From the human T2T-CHM13v2.0 reference genome, Homo sapiens, in the NCBI RefSeq assembly GCF_009914755.1, contig NC_060941.1: DNA of 64,000 nucleotides, one strand, 5' to 3'. Below are positions 1-17,030 of the stretch, piece after piece. The position numbers and the translations under genes are program-made. How positions within the stretch are numbered: the first letter of the stretch is position 1; every line of letters starts with the position of its first letter. The notes below the pieces were generated by a model. It did not search any database. It was not told where the DNA came from and worked only from the letters and a program-made list of their open reading frames with translations.

Positions 1-821
1 AAAAATCAAGGAGAGATCGGGGAGAAGCAAACAGGCAACCCAGCCCCAGCCCCAGCCAGCTCCGCACCTCCAGCAGAGCCAGTTTTTCTTGGTGTTGAGA
101 AAATGGTCAGCAGCTTGTCACAGTCCAGTGAATCTAAACAGCCCTCTGGAAATGTTGTTGAATTTCAGTCCCAACGCAGAGATACCCATATACATGCCTG
201 CCTCTCCTCCTGCCCCTTCCTGAAACACAAACAGTTCTCTCATGGTTGCATACACGCCATGTGATCCAATTCCATCTGAGAGCATTTGTTGAGTACCCAT
301 GTGTGCTAGGCTGCGACTATAGACAGCTTCATGCCCTAAGGAATACACATCTAAGAGAAAAGACAGACGTGACAAGAGGTCATCATAGGGCTGGCGGAAA
401 GGTGCACCTACAGAAGTACAAGCAGTGTATAGAAGAAGGGGTGATCAACTGGGGTTGGGGATGGCACTTCTCACAGGAGATGTCTCAGCAGAGTTTCTAA
501 GGATGAACAGGAGTTTGCCAGGTAAACGTGGTGACAAGTGAATTGTTATCATGTTGCTTCCCACCAACATTTGGCCACACACTGGGCTCTCCTCCCTTTT
601 GCTGCCTGTGTACTTTCCATTACGAGCTTCTTTCACTCACAACACGCTCTATGCTGTTCCACTTGCCTGCAATGTTCTTTCCCTTCATCCCTGACTATTC
701 TCTATTCAATCTTCAAGGCTCACCTTAAAGAATTATCTCTCCTCAGAGAGAGCTATGGCCCCCCTAATTAAAGGCAGCCATAGCATCCTACATCTTCCAT
801 TTTCTAACTCTAACAAGCTCG

Positions 822-915
822 CTGGTTGGTTGGTTTGCTGGCTGGCTGATTGGTTGGTTGGTTGGTTGGTTGAGTGGATGGATGGCTGCATGGATGGATG
901 GATGGATGGATGGTT
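822..915. repeat. (TGGT)n/(TGGA)n compound microsatellite
   Basis: direct reading. Confidence 0.9.
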
Positions 916-1127
916 TGTTCAAGAAGCTAAACTAAAGAGAAATTAGAACTGCAGAGATATGTAGAGTACAAGGGAGTGGGATAACTGTGGTAGAATCATG
1001 GGAGATGAAACTGAAGAGTCTGCCAGGGGTGGGATTGTGGAAGGTCCTGTAGCCATGCCTAGTACACATTGACATACAAAGTGAATCCTAGAACCTTAGC
1101 AGTATGTTCTGGAGATAATAGCATCTT

Positions 1128-1788
1128 TGAAGGGGTAGAAAGGATATGATACCTTTCCTCCCCATCATAAGGGTCACAGCCAAAATTTCTATAACAAAAA
1201 CCAAGTTAATAAGAGAAAAGCATTAAATGTATTTAAGCAAAGTTTGATGTGACACAGGAGGCTTCAGAAATGAAAACCCAAAGACTCAGAGAAAACTGTC
1301 TATTTTTACGTTTAGGTTCAATGAAGAAGGGGACAGCCATATAGAAATGTGATTAGACAGAAAAGATGTGACTTAACAGTAAGAGACTGAGTGGGGGAGC
1401 CCAGCAAGGCCTGTCTGTTCAGATTCTTCTTGGCCTCTCTGCATAGCATTCCTTCCTCGCTGGTATAGGGCAGGACCCCTTCTGGAATGAGGGTCTTATG
1501 ACCTACTACCAGACAAGGTAGGTCAGAGAATTTCTTTATGGCCACCTCCTACACACAAAGGCAGGGGAAGGGGTAGAGTAATATTTCTAGTTTCTATGAC
1601 CCGTCTTGGAGAAGAGAAATTCTAGTTTCCATGGCCTGCCCTGGGGGAGAAAAGGGAGCAGGAGAAAAAAGACCAGGAGAAGGTCAGAGAGAGACTTTGT
1701 TTCTGAGGTCCCGCCAGTGTCCTCCAGTTCAAAGTACTCAGCATGTCAAAGTGCCAAACTGTGGGGTATCATTTTCTAATCCCCAATA
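1128..1788 (-). mobile_element. ERV1 solo LTR, MER34/MER39-like
   Basis: minus strand begins TATTGGGGATTAGAAAATGATACCCC...TTTGACATGCTGAGTACTTTGAACT, typical of this group's 5' end; followed by MIR-like CATTTTGCAAATGAGGAAGCTGAGG. Confidence 0.6.
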
Positions 1789-2064
1789 CCTTCATTTTGC
1801 AAATGAGGAAGCTGAGGTCCAGAGAAGTGGGGCTTGCTACGAATCCGCCAGAGGGCAGAAGCAATGGCTCTGCCAAGATTATACCCCTGGGCTTGGGCTC
1901 CAGGTCCAGGGCTCTTTCAATGGCACACTCAGCCTCCTATATCCCCGGAGGGATTAGACGTGATAAGATATGCCCTTATTTTTCAGGGGTCTCCTAGGTT
2001 GGGCCTTCCTCTCTGGATATACTGCCAAAGGCCACGTGCCGTGCTCCCATGCACACAGCACCTG

Positions 2065-3060
<996 letters not shown>

Positions 3061-3962
3061 TTAATCTCATTTAAATTTGAAGGGAGCAGGTTTGAGTCCC
3101 AGCTCTGCCATTTATCAGACCCTGGGCTTGTCACTGAAACCTTTTGAACCTGTCTCCCGTCTGTAAAATGGGAAGAATACAGCCCATTTTCCTGGAGCGT
3201 AGGGAGGGTTCCCTGGAAGCTGTGAAGGGACACACAATGTTAGGAGTAGGAAAGGCTCCCGGTAATGCTTGCTCACTGATCCTGGGTGCAGACAAGGAAC
3301 CAGGAGACACTTTGAGCAAACCAAAAGGCGTTCAGGCCAAAGAAACGATGGGCTGACTTCCAGCCCCATTCCCTGGGAGCTCTGGGCTGGGTGGGGCCCT
3401 CCTGGCCTGGCCACTCTCCACACAGGTGAGAAGGGTGGAAAGAGGAGTTAATGCATCACAGGGCTGGGCAGGAAGAGAGGATTTTTCATTTGAAAATGTT
3501 CTGAAATAATTCATATTTGCTTTGCAGGATGGTGTTGTGCGCTGTCAGCTCTGTAATAACTTTTAGGCCTTTATTTATTGTTTTGCCTTAATGATTTCAT
3601 GTTGCTCCAGTGTCGAGAATTCTCAGTGTCTTGTAACACATAATGGCAGAGAAGACTCAGGCCATGGCAGGCATGGAGCGAGGGTGTCATGCTCCCCGAC
3701 AGACCCCACTGGTCTCCAGGAGATGGCAGAGCCTAGAGCAGAAAGCGGAGGCCATCAACCTCTGTGCAAAGTTATCTGCGAGCACTAATTCTCAACAACA
3801 CCCTAGGGAGCTGGTACTATTATCCCATTTTACAGAAGTGAAAACTGAGCCTTGGAACAATCACAAGACTTGCCGTCTGATCGTGTGTGACCAAGCCAGG
3901 ATTTAAACACAGGCCTGTTGGTGTGTCTTCAACTTTGGCATATATAGAAATTACCTAGAGAG

Positions 3963-4345
3963 GGCCAGGTGCAGTGGCTCATGCCTGTAATCCCAGCACT
4001 TTGGGAGGCCAAGGCAGGTCGATCACAAGGTCAGGAGTTCAAGACCAGCCTGGCCAATATGGTGAAACCCCGTCTCTATTAAAAATACAAAAATTAGCTG
4101 GGCGTGGTGGTGGGTGCCTGTAATCCCAGCTACTCAGGAAGCTGAGACAGGAGAATCACTTGAACCCAGGAGGCAGAGATTGCAGTGAGGCGAGATCCCG
4201 CCACTGAAGGGATCCCACTCCTGGGTGACAGAGCAAGACCAAAAAAAAAAAAAGAAAGGAAGGAAAGAAAGAAAAGAAAGAAAGAAGAAAGAAAGAAGGA
4301 AAGGAAGGAAGGAAGGGAAAAGAAAAGAAAAGAAAAAGAAAAGAA
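3963..4345 (+). mobile_element. Alu with (GAAA)n/(GGAA)n-expanded tail, inserted in a MER5-like element
   Basis: Alu consensus; degenerate TSD GAAATTACCTAGAGAG / GAAATCATCTAGAGAG. Confidence 0.9.
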
Positions 4346-4670
4346 ATCATCTAGAGAGAATCTAAAATATGGGTCCCTAGGACCCAACTGTGGAGATGGA
4401 ATTCAGTAGGTCTAGGATGGAGGCTGAAGCTCTGCATTTAGCAAGGTGCCCAGATGAGTCAGAGCCATAGGAACTCAGCTGGTGGCTGGGACCACACTAG
4501 TCACATAATCAGTGGGACCGAGTTCCTCAAGAATTATGGTCCCATGACTGGCCCATTTCTCTCACAAATGTCCCATCAGCTACTCCTGTTCCTCTGCCAT
4601 TCTCCATCCTGTATCTCTGAGGGCTTGGACTGCCCCGCACCCCCAGAGCTCTAGCCCCTTCTGTGAAGCT

Positions 4671-4744
4671 GGGAGAGGAAGGGGAGAGGAGGGGAGGAAG
4701 GGGAGAGGAGGGGAGGAAGGGGAGAGGAGGGGAGGAAGGGGAGG
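4671..4744. repeat. pure-purine 19-bp tandem repeat (GGGGAGAGGAGGGGAGGAA)x~3.7
   Basis: direct reading. Confidence 0.9.
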
Positions 4745-7650
4745 CTTTCTTGGTTGCCATGGTGATTCTCCACCTCCCAGTCTGTGGGGGGAGGCAGCTT
4801 CATTGTGAGCCTCCAGCCAAGGCCTGGAGGGCAGCAAGCTGTCCTGGGCTGGGAGGATGCAGAGGGGTGGGAAGAGGACTCTAGCCACTGGGGAGAGGGG
4901 AACAGGGGAAGACAGGCTGGGGACAAGGAGGAGGACCCTCGGCCCAGGGCAGCCGGAGCAGAGAGCCAGCCCCTCCAGATGCTGGGGCTGCCAGCCTTCA
5001 GCCCAGGGGGCGGAGAGGGGTGTGTGCAGGAGCTGAGGCTGACAGGGCCTGATGCTCCCTGAGCCCAGAGCTGGCAGAAGACCCAGGGCAGGTGGTGGCA
5101 GAGATGCAGGGACGGGTGAGACAGCTAGAGAGGCTGGCGCAGGACAGAGTCAGAGCCACAAGGGCTGGGAAAGACCAGGGCTCAGAAAGCAAAGAAGAGA
5201 TAAAGAAAAATAAAACAAAGCAAGAGAACCCCTCAAGGACCCCAGGCCATGGCCCACTCCCACCCCCAGCGGGGCCAGGGCTGGCACAGCCTGGGGTCCC
5301 AGCCTGCTGGGCTGGGCTGGCAAACCGGATGGCACAGGCTGCGGCAGAGGCAGATGGAGCAAGGAGGGGCCTGACCCACGGCCCGCTGGGGAATGGCTGG
5401 GATTGTCTGTTCTTTGGAGCCCTCCCACTGTCCCCCAAACCTCCTGCCTCTGGGAGCATGCTGGGGAAACAGGGAGAAAAAAAGAAGCAACATTTCGGAG
5501 CCAGCATCTCCACCTCCTCCTGCTCCATGTTGGCCTTCTTTCCCTGCCAGTGGCACGTGCTGCATGCTCCCAACCTGGCTCTGGCAAAGACCAGGACATT
5601 GTTGGGGGGCTGGAGAGTGATGTAGGGGAGGAGAGAGGAGGGAAAGATGCTGGGAGGCGACAACTCAGAGGGGAGGAAGAGGAAGGAAAGGAGAGCCCTG
5701 GCAGAGGCCATCCCTCACCACCAGTATTTTTGAAGCAAGCACTTACTTGGTACCAGGCCCCACTGAGTACTTCCTGTGTATTCACTCATTTACTCCTCCC
5801 AACAGGCCTATTTCATAGGTGCTGTTGTTCTAATCCCCATTTCATAGATGAGAAACTGAGGCAGATAGGGGTTGAGTGACCTGCCCAAGCGACAAGCTGG
5901 GAATCAGCAGAAAGAGGGATTGAACCCAGGAGAGGTTCAGAGGTTGCTCTCTTAGCCACTACACTCTCCTGTCCTTCATGCCCCTCACCCACGTGTTGAG
6001 TGTTTCAATATTTTTTCCTTCTTACCCATCTTTTCTCAGTGTTTCTCCAGCCAGCCCTTATTCCTTCTGGTGGTGTGTCCCAGTTTGCCTGGGCCTCTAG
6101 GCCAGCACCAGGACATGAATGGCCGGGAGCAAACACATCGCGTGTATGGACACATGGACACACGGACACACATGCACGACTGCTGCGGAGTCCACCAACA
6201 TGTGAATGTCTGTACACATCTGTACAGAACAAGTGCGCACACCCATGTGTCTGTGTACATGCACACGGGTCCATTCGCACATGTGAGGCCACCATTCATA
6301 CCACACCCTGGGTGGGTCTTGAGTTCTCACCCACAGAGCATTAACTGTGGCAAAATAATCCCAAACAACGGTCGAGTCAAAAAAATCTGTTTGGCTTTGT
6401 ACTAAAGTGCTGCTTGGCATATGGGGTTTTTGGCAATACATTTACCTTTCTAGGTTTAGCTCGGGCTGATGTGGCTTCCTGCATGTCAACCTCTGAGAAC
6501 CTGCCAGATGCCAGGCCCTCGGCAAGGCACTACCCAGACAGTCTCTCCACGCCTCACGGCAGCCATGAGGCAGGGCTTGCCATCCCCATTTTACAGACAA
6601 GAACCTTGAGACAGCGAGTTCCCATTTGCACAGACTCACAGGGAGAGTGAGGATTCGAACCCCAGGGCAGTTCAAGGGTCGGTAAAGCTTGAGTGCCTGC
6701 AGGTGGGTTGTGAGCCAGACATGTGACCTCCCAGGCGTGCCTCATCCGTCTGGAATGTGGCTGCCTCACCGTCTGGTCACGTCTGGGCCCCTCTTCTGCA
6801 GCGAGGCTGGTGGGTATGGAGGGGCTGTGGTGGCTCACGCTGAGCTGCTCTACAGAAGGCCCCACACAGGGCCGGGTGCAGCGAGGTATGAAAAAGGCTT
6901 TTCCCCAGCGATGACGAACACGATAGTGATGGCTCAGACTATACAAAGAACAGACTGACTTATCACCACCACATAGACACAGGCATATCCATTCCTTCAG
7001 TATTTCTCAAGCACCTACTATGTGCCTGGCATTTAATGGGCTCTGAGGACCATGCAAATAGGAATCAAGCTTGGACCCTGCCTTCCTTCCAATAGCTTAG
7101 GAGAATAGTGATCAGGTGTGGAAACAGCTTTCATTACAAGGCTGAAAAAACCTGAATGCTGTAAGAGAAATGCAGATGAAAAATGAGAGTCTACTTCCCA
7201 CTGGGGACATCAAGGTAGCCCTCCTGGAGAAAGAGGCTCCTGATGGGTCTTGGAGAGTGGGTATGATTTGATGCAGTAATGAAAGTGAAGGGGTTCTTGG
7301 TTTTCTAAAGAACACAGTTCAAGACATAGGATGGGATATTGGCGGGTGGACATAGGGAAAGCAAGTAGCTCCATTTGTCTGTGGCAAAACTGTGTGAAGG
7401 GAGTGGCAGGAGGTAGGTTAGGGTCAGATGACAGAAGATCTTGAGATGCTGGACTAAGAGTTTGGATTTTATAGATAAGGGGGAGCCATCAAAGACTGTC
7501 GAACAGGGGAAATCCTTGGGACCTGTTTCATTTAGTCTAGACTAATCTGCAGTTGTGAACAAAGTAATAGATTGGAAATATACATGCATGCACACATACA
7601 CATACATGCACACATACACATACATGCACATCTTCAGAAATGTGCAGACG

Positions 7651-8643
<993 letters not shown>

Positions 8644-9371
8644 CTACTTCTCACCCCGTGTTCCAGGGCCCCAATTTGTTCTGTCCAAAAGCAAGTACAG
8701 TGGCCAGTTTGAGAGCTTCCTTCCAGAGACCTTCTGTGTTTAGACAAGCAAATACCCAGCTGCATTGTTATTACATACGTTTTTCTGCACCTTGGTTTTC
8801 TCACGTAATATACCTTGGAGATCCTTACATATCAGTACACGGAGGGCTGTCCTGGTCTTTTTAACAGCAGTATACTCCTCCATAATAACGGGACATTTAC
8901 ATTATTTCTGCTCTTTTGCTCTTACTAAAAATGTTGAGCACCTACTAAATGTGCCCAGCACATTTATTGAGCACCTGCTATGTGCTGGGCAGCATTCCAG
9001 GTGCTAGAGATAGAACAGTAAACAAAACAGGCAGAAGTCCCTGCCCTCATGGAACATGACTTCTATTGTGAACGTGTGAGTACATCTTCAGGATGCATTC
9101 CTAGAGGTGGAACAGCCCAAACAAAGCATCTGTGCATTTTTAAAATTTAGTAGATAAAGCCAAATCCCCATCCCCACCAAGACAGAGTCTATCAATTTAC
9201 CCTTGCAATGTATGAGAGTGCCTATTTTCCCACACTTTTACCAACAAAATGTTATCAGATATCTTTATGTGTGCCAAGGTGACAGGTGAAAAACAACTGT
9301 GATTTTAATTTGCATTTCTCTTATGATGAGTGAGGTTAAGCATCTTCTCATATATTTGAGAGCAATTTCAA

Positions 9372-9670
9372 GGCTGGGCATAGTGGCTTATGTCTGTAAT
9401 CTCTGCAGTTTGGGAGGCAGAGGTGGAAGGATCAATGGAGCCCAGGAGTTCAAGCCCAGCCTGAGCAACTTAGGGAGTCTCCATCTCTACAAAAAAAAAA
9501 AAAAAAAAAAATACAAAAATTAGCTGGGCATGGTAGTGTGCACCTGTAGTCGCCTCAGGATGCTGATGCAGGAGAATCACTGGAGCCTGGGAGGTCAAGA
9601 CTGCAGTTAGCCATGATCATGCCACTGTACTCCAACCTGGGAGACAGAGCAAGACTGTCTCAAACAAACA
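9372..9670 (+). mobile_element. AluJ-like element within old L1M-type sequence
   Basis: GAGCCCAGGAGTTC / GGAGGTCAAGACTGCAG J-type diagnostics; flanks resemble antisense L1 (TTTAATTTGCATTTCTCTTATGATGAGTGAGGTT). Confidence 0.85.
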
Positions 9671-9963
9671 AAGCAATTTCAGGCCCTTTCCTGTCAACTT
9701 TCTAATATCCTTTGCTCATATTTTTATTAGATTGTGGATATTTTTCACACTGAGCTGTGGATATTTTTTTTTGGTCTATTAAAGAAATGAGCTCTTTGCC
9801 TGTGGTGTGAGTTGCAAATATTTCTCCCCTAGTTTGTCATTGGTTTTTGTACTTTGCATATGGTGGGTTTTTTTTTTTATAATGCAGACTTGTAAAATGT
9901 GAAATAAAATTTTAAAGAAATTCTGCTCATGCACTTTGCCTCCTTATGGTGAAATGTTTGTTA

Positions 9964-10645
<682 letters not shown>

Positions 10646-10649
10646 GTGC

Positions 10650-11080
10650 ACGTTCTAGAAAAGGAAGGTGAGTGTCCTATCCTTTTCTGGTGCTCCATCT
10701 TAAGAGGTCTTTGGACAAAGAGGGGCAAGCTCAGAAGAGGGTAACCAAGATGGTGACTGGGTTTTAAATCAAGTCACATAAGGAATGGCAATAGAACTGG
10801 CATCTTTGAGCCTAGAGCAGATCGCTGTCTATGACTATCATCTGAGGCAGTGGGACTAGCCTCATGATATAAAACCAGGCCGTATGGTGGAGAATCTTGG
10901 AAGCCAAGAGTCAGACAATAGAGCTCTTTTCAAGGCAGAGCTGTCTGAAGGTGGAATAGCCTATTTTGTGAGGAAATAGTTCATTACCAGAGATGCACAA
11001 ACCGGAACTCGATGACGACCTCTCAAAGATGCCAAGGGTTAGGCCACATCCCTTTCAAAACTCCTTCCAATCCTGAGACC
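10650..11080 (+). mobile_element. L3/CR1 LINE remnant (also 10290-10344)
   Basis: CAGAAGAGGGTAACCAAGATGGTGA...TAAGGAATGGC..AGAACTGG..TTTGAGCCTAGAG resembles the CR1 ORF2 3' region. Confidence 0.5.
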
Positions 11081-11107
11081 TCATCATTCTACAAGACTAC
11101 AAGAAAT

Positions 11108-11542
<435 letters not shown>

Positions 11543-13239
11543 TTAAGTGGTTCACCTAAGGCTGCACAGCAATTTAGAACTGGAACCCACATCCCCAGTC
11601 TCCAAGTCTAGAGCTCTCTCCACTGAACCTCCTGTCCCTGATGAAAAATTAAACATATGTTCACTGCATGTTTATTGCATACCTATTCTGAATGGACACT
11701 AACGTGGACAAGAAAAGCACATTGTATGCAGGGTATTAATAAAGTCATGGGGTCTTTGCTCTGCAGAAGGTCACTGCCTAGTGGGCAGGTACAGGTGCCA
11801 TCTCTACGTTGCTTGATTTAATGCAAATTGTGTCCCCTGGAGTTGTGCAATGTGGTAGCCCCAGATAGACCGATAAGGAAATATGAAGCGATTTGGCAAG
11901 TGTTGTAATGAAATCACACACAAAGTGCCATGGGAATGTAGAAGGCATAATTAATTCTACTAGGGAAGTGAATCCAGGAAAGCTACACAAAGGAGGTGAT
12001 GCCCGAGCAGGGCCTTGAAGAATGTGTAAAAAAACAAAAGGCAGAAGAGAATAATATGTATATTCATGCCACATACATTTATTGAGCAGTTCCAGGTTTC
12101 CAGGGATAGATGAATAATTCACTATTGAGTAGGGGAGACAGACAAATCACCAATAAATTGCCATAGCGTATAAGTGTAACGGTGAAAACGTACTCGCCAG
12201 GCAAAAGTGGCGATAGCTCCTTCTGGAATCAAGTGAGGCATCTGGGAAAGCTCCTGGAGAAGTGATATCTGAGATTTTAGGAGCCGAAATAAATATTTTC
12301 CCAGGCTGATGATAAGGCAATTGGGAGAAAGGGAAAAGCATTCTAAGCAGAGGGAATGGCACGTGCAAAGTTTCTGACTCTTGAAAGATGATTCTCTCTG
12401 TCTTCAGGTGCCCAAAGCAGATCTGAAAGGCTTGAGTGGAAAATGTGGGCATGGTGGGTCGCCAAGCAGGAGGTGGAATTGACATACAGGCGTTTGGGCA
12501 GGACCCACCAGGTTTCCAGATGAGTGGGGAAACGGCATTGGTGTGTATCGGGATTTAGGAGGCTTAGCAACCTTCCCTTCAAAGTCATGCCCCAGATTGA
12601 GAGCTGGAAGAGAAAAGTGTGAGCTGTAAATCCCCAGCTCCTCCCGCTGTGCCCAGTACTACAGAGCTAGGAGTCTCCACCAGCTCTCCAGTCCCACCGC
12701 TGCGACCCCGGCTAATCCAGCCTCCTGGCCCATCTGACACACACTTCCACTTAACATTTTGTTAGCGACTCTATAAACGAGCTCTCCCTGACCTTCAATC
12801 CCTGGCTAATTGCTGGTTTCATGTACAAGACTAGCTTAATTTTACGTGATAATTACCTGAGAGTGGCAATACATATGGCATTGCATGTTCGAAATGTCAG
12901 GCCTGGAAATCTACCAAGTGGCCATAGTCAGGGGCAAAGGGAGGAGGCAGCCAGGGGCCACGAGGAGAGACAAAAATTGTGGACACTCAATGCAGACAGA
13001 ACTCCAGAGAAGCAGGGTCCTGGTCTACAGCAGGTCTCAGAATCCTCAGCTGGTACAGTACACCCAGGGGCACAGGCCAGAGGAGCGGCATGTGCCGCAG
13101 CCTCACATGCGCATGCGCCCATCTCGGAGAAACACCAGCCAGGTCAGAGGCACGGCTCATACACGCTCTCAGTCACCTTTTCAACATACGCTCACTGAGC
13201 CCCTACTATGTGCCAGGCAGTGTACAGGCAATTGTACTA

Positions 13240-13700
13240 GTTTCAAACTCCCACCCCACCCAGGGAAGGTAGGAAGATGTGGAGGGTATGTTTGGGTTGT
13301 CACAATTATTTGGGGGCTGCTACAGGCACTGAATAAGCAAGGCCAGGAATGCTAAATGGCCCACACAGTCCCGTTCAATGAAGAATTGGCCTTCCTGTTG
13401 CTTGAGCCCAGGAGTTCAAGAGCAGCCTGGGCAACATGGTGAGACTCCATTTCTACAAATAATAATAATAATAAACCAATTAGCCAGGCGTGTTGGTGTG
13501 CACCTGTAGTCCCAGCTACTCAGGAGGCTGAAGCAAGAGGATCCCCTTGAGTTCAGGAGGTCAAGGCTGCAGTGAGCTGTGTTCTTGCCACTGCACTCTA
13601 GCATGGGCTACAGAGCGAGACCCTGTCTCAATTTAAAAAAAAAAAAAATTGGCCTCCCCAAATGCCTGTGGTGGCCCCACTGTGAAACACCCTGTTGAAA
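13240..13700. mobile_element. MER20-like DNA transposon interrupted by a 5'-truncated AluJ (13398-13648)
   Basis: TTTGGGTTGTCACAA...GCTACAGGCA..GGCCAGGAATGCTAAA; TSD-like AATTGGCCT on both sides of the Alu. Confidence 0.65.
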
Positions 13701-13896
13701 ACCATCACATCTAAGCCAGGACCCCAGTCCGGAAGAAGCCAAGTGTCCTCTGCCCTATTGGAGATTACAGTTGGGGAAGGAAGACAATGGCAAGGACTTG
13801 TGCTGCATGAGAGAGTAATGGAAGGGGACCCAGGAACATGTGACAGGTGAACTGACAGAGTCCAGAGTTCAGAAAAGACCTCCCTTTAAAAGTGAC

Positions 13897-14510
<614 letters not shown>

Positions 14511-15699
14511 CAGTGCTTACAAATCTTAGTCGTGCGCTGCTGTCCCCTGCCAAAAAAGTGTCATTTCAGCTGCATTCTAAAGGAGGGGCAGGACACAACT
14601 CATCCACTCATTTGCTGCACAATAGTTGAACAGCACCTGTAAGGCACAGGTTTGGAAGAATTTCTGTCTTCTGCGTCTCAGGTTGGATAAATAAAGCAAG
14701 TTCTCTGCCTCACAGTGCTTCAGTCCAGCTAGCAAGAGAAGCACGTCTCTCTGGTATACAGAAGAATGAATCCAGAGGGGGGACCCACACAACTCAGAAG
14801 AAACACACCAAGGAGAAAGGCAGTGCATCTGGAGGACGCAGAGAATTAATGCTCTTTGGAGAAGTGGCCACAACATGATCTTGAGAGGTGGGGGCACTTG
14901 TATAGGCTGAGATGGGGGAGAAGCCAGCCCAGAAACTGCCTCTTTCCTGGATGACCTCTGTCCCCAAGACCATTTGGGGCAAAGGAGCTATTTACTATAG
15001 GAAGTGAAGACCCATTTTTCTCCCAGCACCTTTGGTGCCCAGAACAGCACTTGGCACAAAAATAAGTGAATACGAAATGGTATCTGTGTGTGTCTGCACC
15101 ACGTGCCACACACCTGGGTACACACATCCACTGCAGAGGGACAGCTCAGGTTCATTTTTTCCTCATCACTCCAGGGAACAAGGCAAGGCAGGGAAGGTCT
15201 AGAGCCCTGTGGCAGTGGGGCAGGGGGGCATGGGCAAAGAAGGAGAAAGGGTGCTTCTGGTCCCCTTGGGGGACCCTTCTGTGGGAAGCCCATGCACACA
15301 CACACTCAGAGGCACACAGGCCACAGGATCAGGTAAGAGGCACAGTCCCCAGATGAAGGCAAGTTCTAAAAACCCCTTTAGCCTCCTCACCCATGGAACT
15401 GTGGACTCCTAAGCTGTGTTGGAGTAAATTACTTGCTTAATGAGATTTCAATTAATAAAAACAAATTAAAATCACTTTGGTAATTAAGCTGCTGTGAACC
15501 TTGCCAGCAGCTCTCCCTCAGACCTCAGATTTCCATGGGGAAGGAGCTGGGAACGGGGGTCCACTTGGACTCAGGCAGCAGTGCTGCTGGGACCTAGGCG
15601 GCAGGGGGCTCCTCGCCTTGGGGCTTCCACCCCAGGAGCCACAGCTTCCTCAAACCAGAGGTGGGTGTATGGGAGGGTGCAGTACACAGCAGGCAGCAC

Positions 15700-15900
15700 A
15701 GGCTCTAAACTTCCATTCACATCGAAGCCCTGCCACTTGGTGGCTGTGTGACCTAGGGCATGTTAATTAACCTGTCTGAGCCTCAGTTTCCTCATCTGCA
15801 AAATGGGTTAATACTAGTAACCTACATCATTGGGTTGTGGGAAGATTAAAGGAATGAACGCATGTAAGAATATAGAAGAGGGCCTGTCCCACAGCAAGGG
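15700..15900. mobile_element. MIR
   Basis: core GCTGTGTGACCT...CTGAGCCTCAGTTTCCTCATCTGCAAAATGGG; similar MIR cores at ~3100, 3800, 5800, 6570, 24650, 27400, 34350, 56600 and 62250. Confidence 0.85.
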
Positions 15901-16510
15901 GTCTTAACTCACTTTACCCTGTGTGGTGCTATGGGGGGACTTTTCCAGTCTTTATGATTTGCCTTGTCCTGAACCCCAAACCCCTCCAGGAAAGCCCTAT
16001 TTCTCTGAGTTAGGTGAATGAAGACCTACCCACAGAGGTTCCCTTGGAGGTGAGGTTTCTCCAAGTTCTGTCCCACCCAGGCCCCCATCTCTTTTCATCA
16101 GAGCCAGCAGCTCAAATCTGGGAGCTATAACACTAAAATCTCTTGAAGAACAAACACTCCTGTCTCTGGGTCACAAAATCACCCCCATTCTCCCACATGA
16201 GAGACCGGGAGGGTTAAGTAGTGCTGATGTCACTGACCCCATTCCGCAGATGAGTAAAAGGGCTTAATGACTTACCTGGTGGCTCAAAGAGAGAAGCAGT
16301 GCCCAGGGCTAGCTGGAATCTGAGAAACCCACATTCTCATCCAGTGCTAACAGAACTGTAAACAATTTCAGCCTTTCTGGAGGGCGCAATGCTAAGTGTA
16401 TAATAATTTGAAATTATTAAGGTTTTAGGTTTTTTTTGTTCTTTAAAGTTTGTAGCATTTACACTTTTGAAGTTATTAAAGCAAAAACTACACTAAGCCT
16501 TTTGGGACAG

Positions 16511-16512
<2 letters not shown>

Positions 16513-16550
<38 letters not shown>

Positions 16551-16630
16551 TACGTATAACATGTTTTATTTATAGATATTGATATATATATATATATATA
16601 TATATACACAAACACATACACACACACATC
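16513..16630. repeat. (GT)17 and (TA)n microsatellites
   Basis: direct reading. Confidence 0.95.
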
Positions 16631-16724
16631 CCAAATGCCAAATGTCATTTTTCTCTGTGGTGGTAGAAAATACAGATGGTTTTTGTTTTACTCATTCATT
16701 CACTCATTCGTGCAATAAATATTT

Positions 16725-17030
<306 letters not shown>

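Noticed and set aside
4998-5879. Overlapping 150-240 aa ORFs on both strands
   Set aside because: GC-rich low-complexity translations with no recognisable domain or splice structure, mostly non-ATG starts
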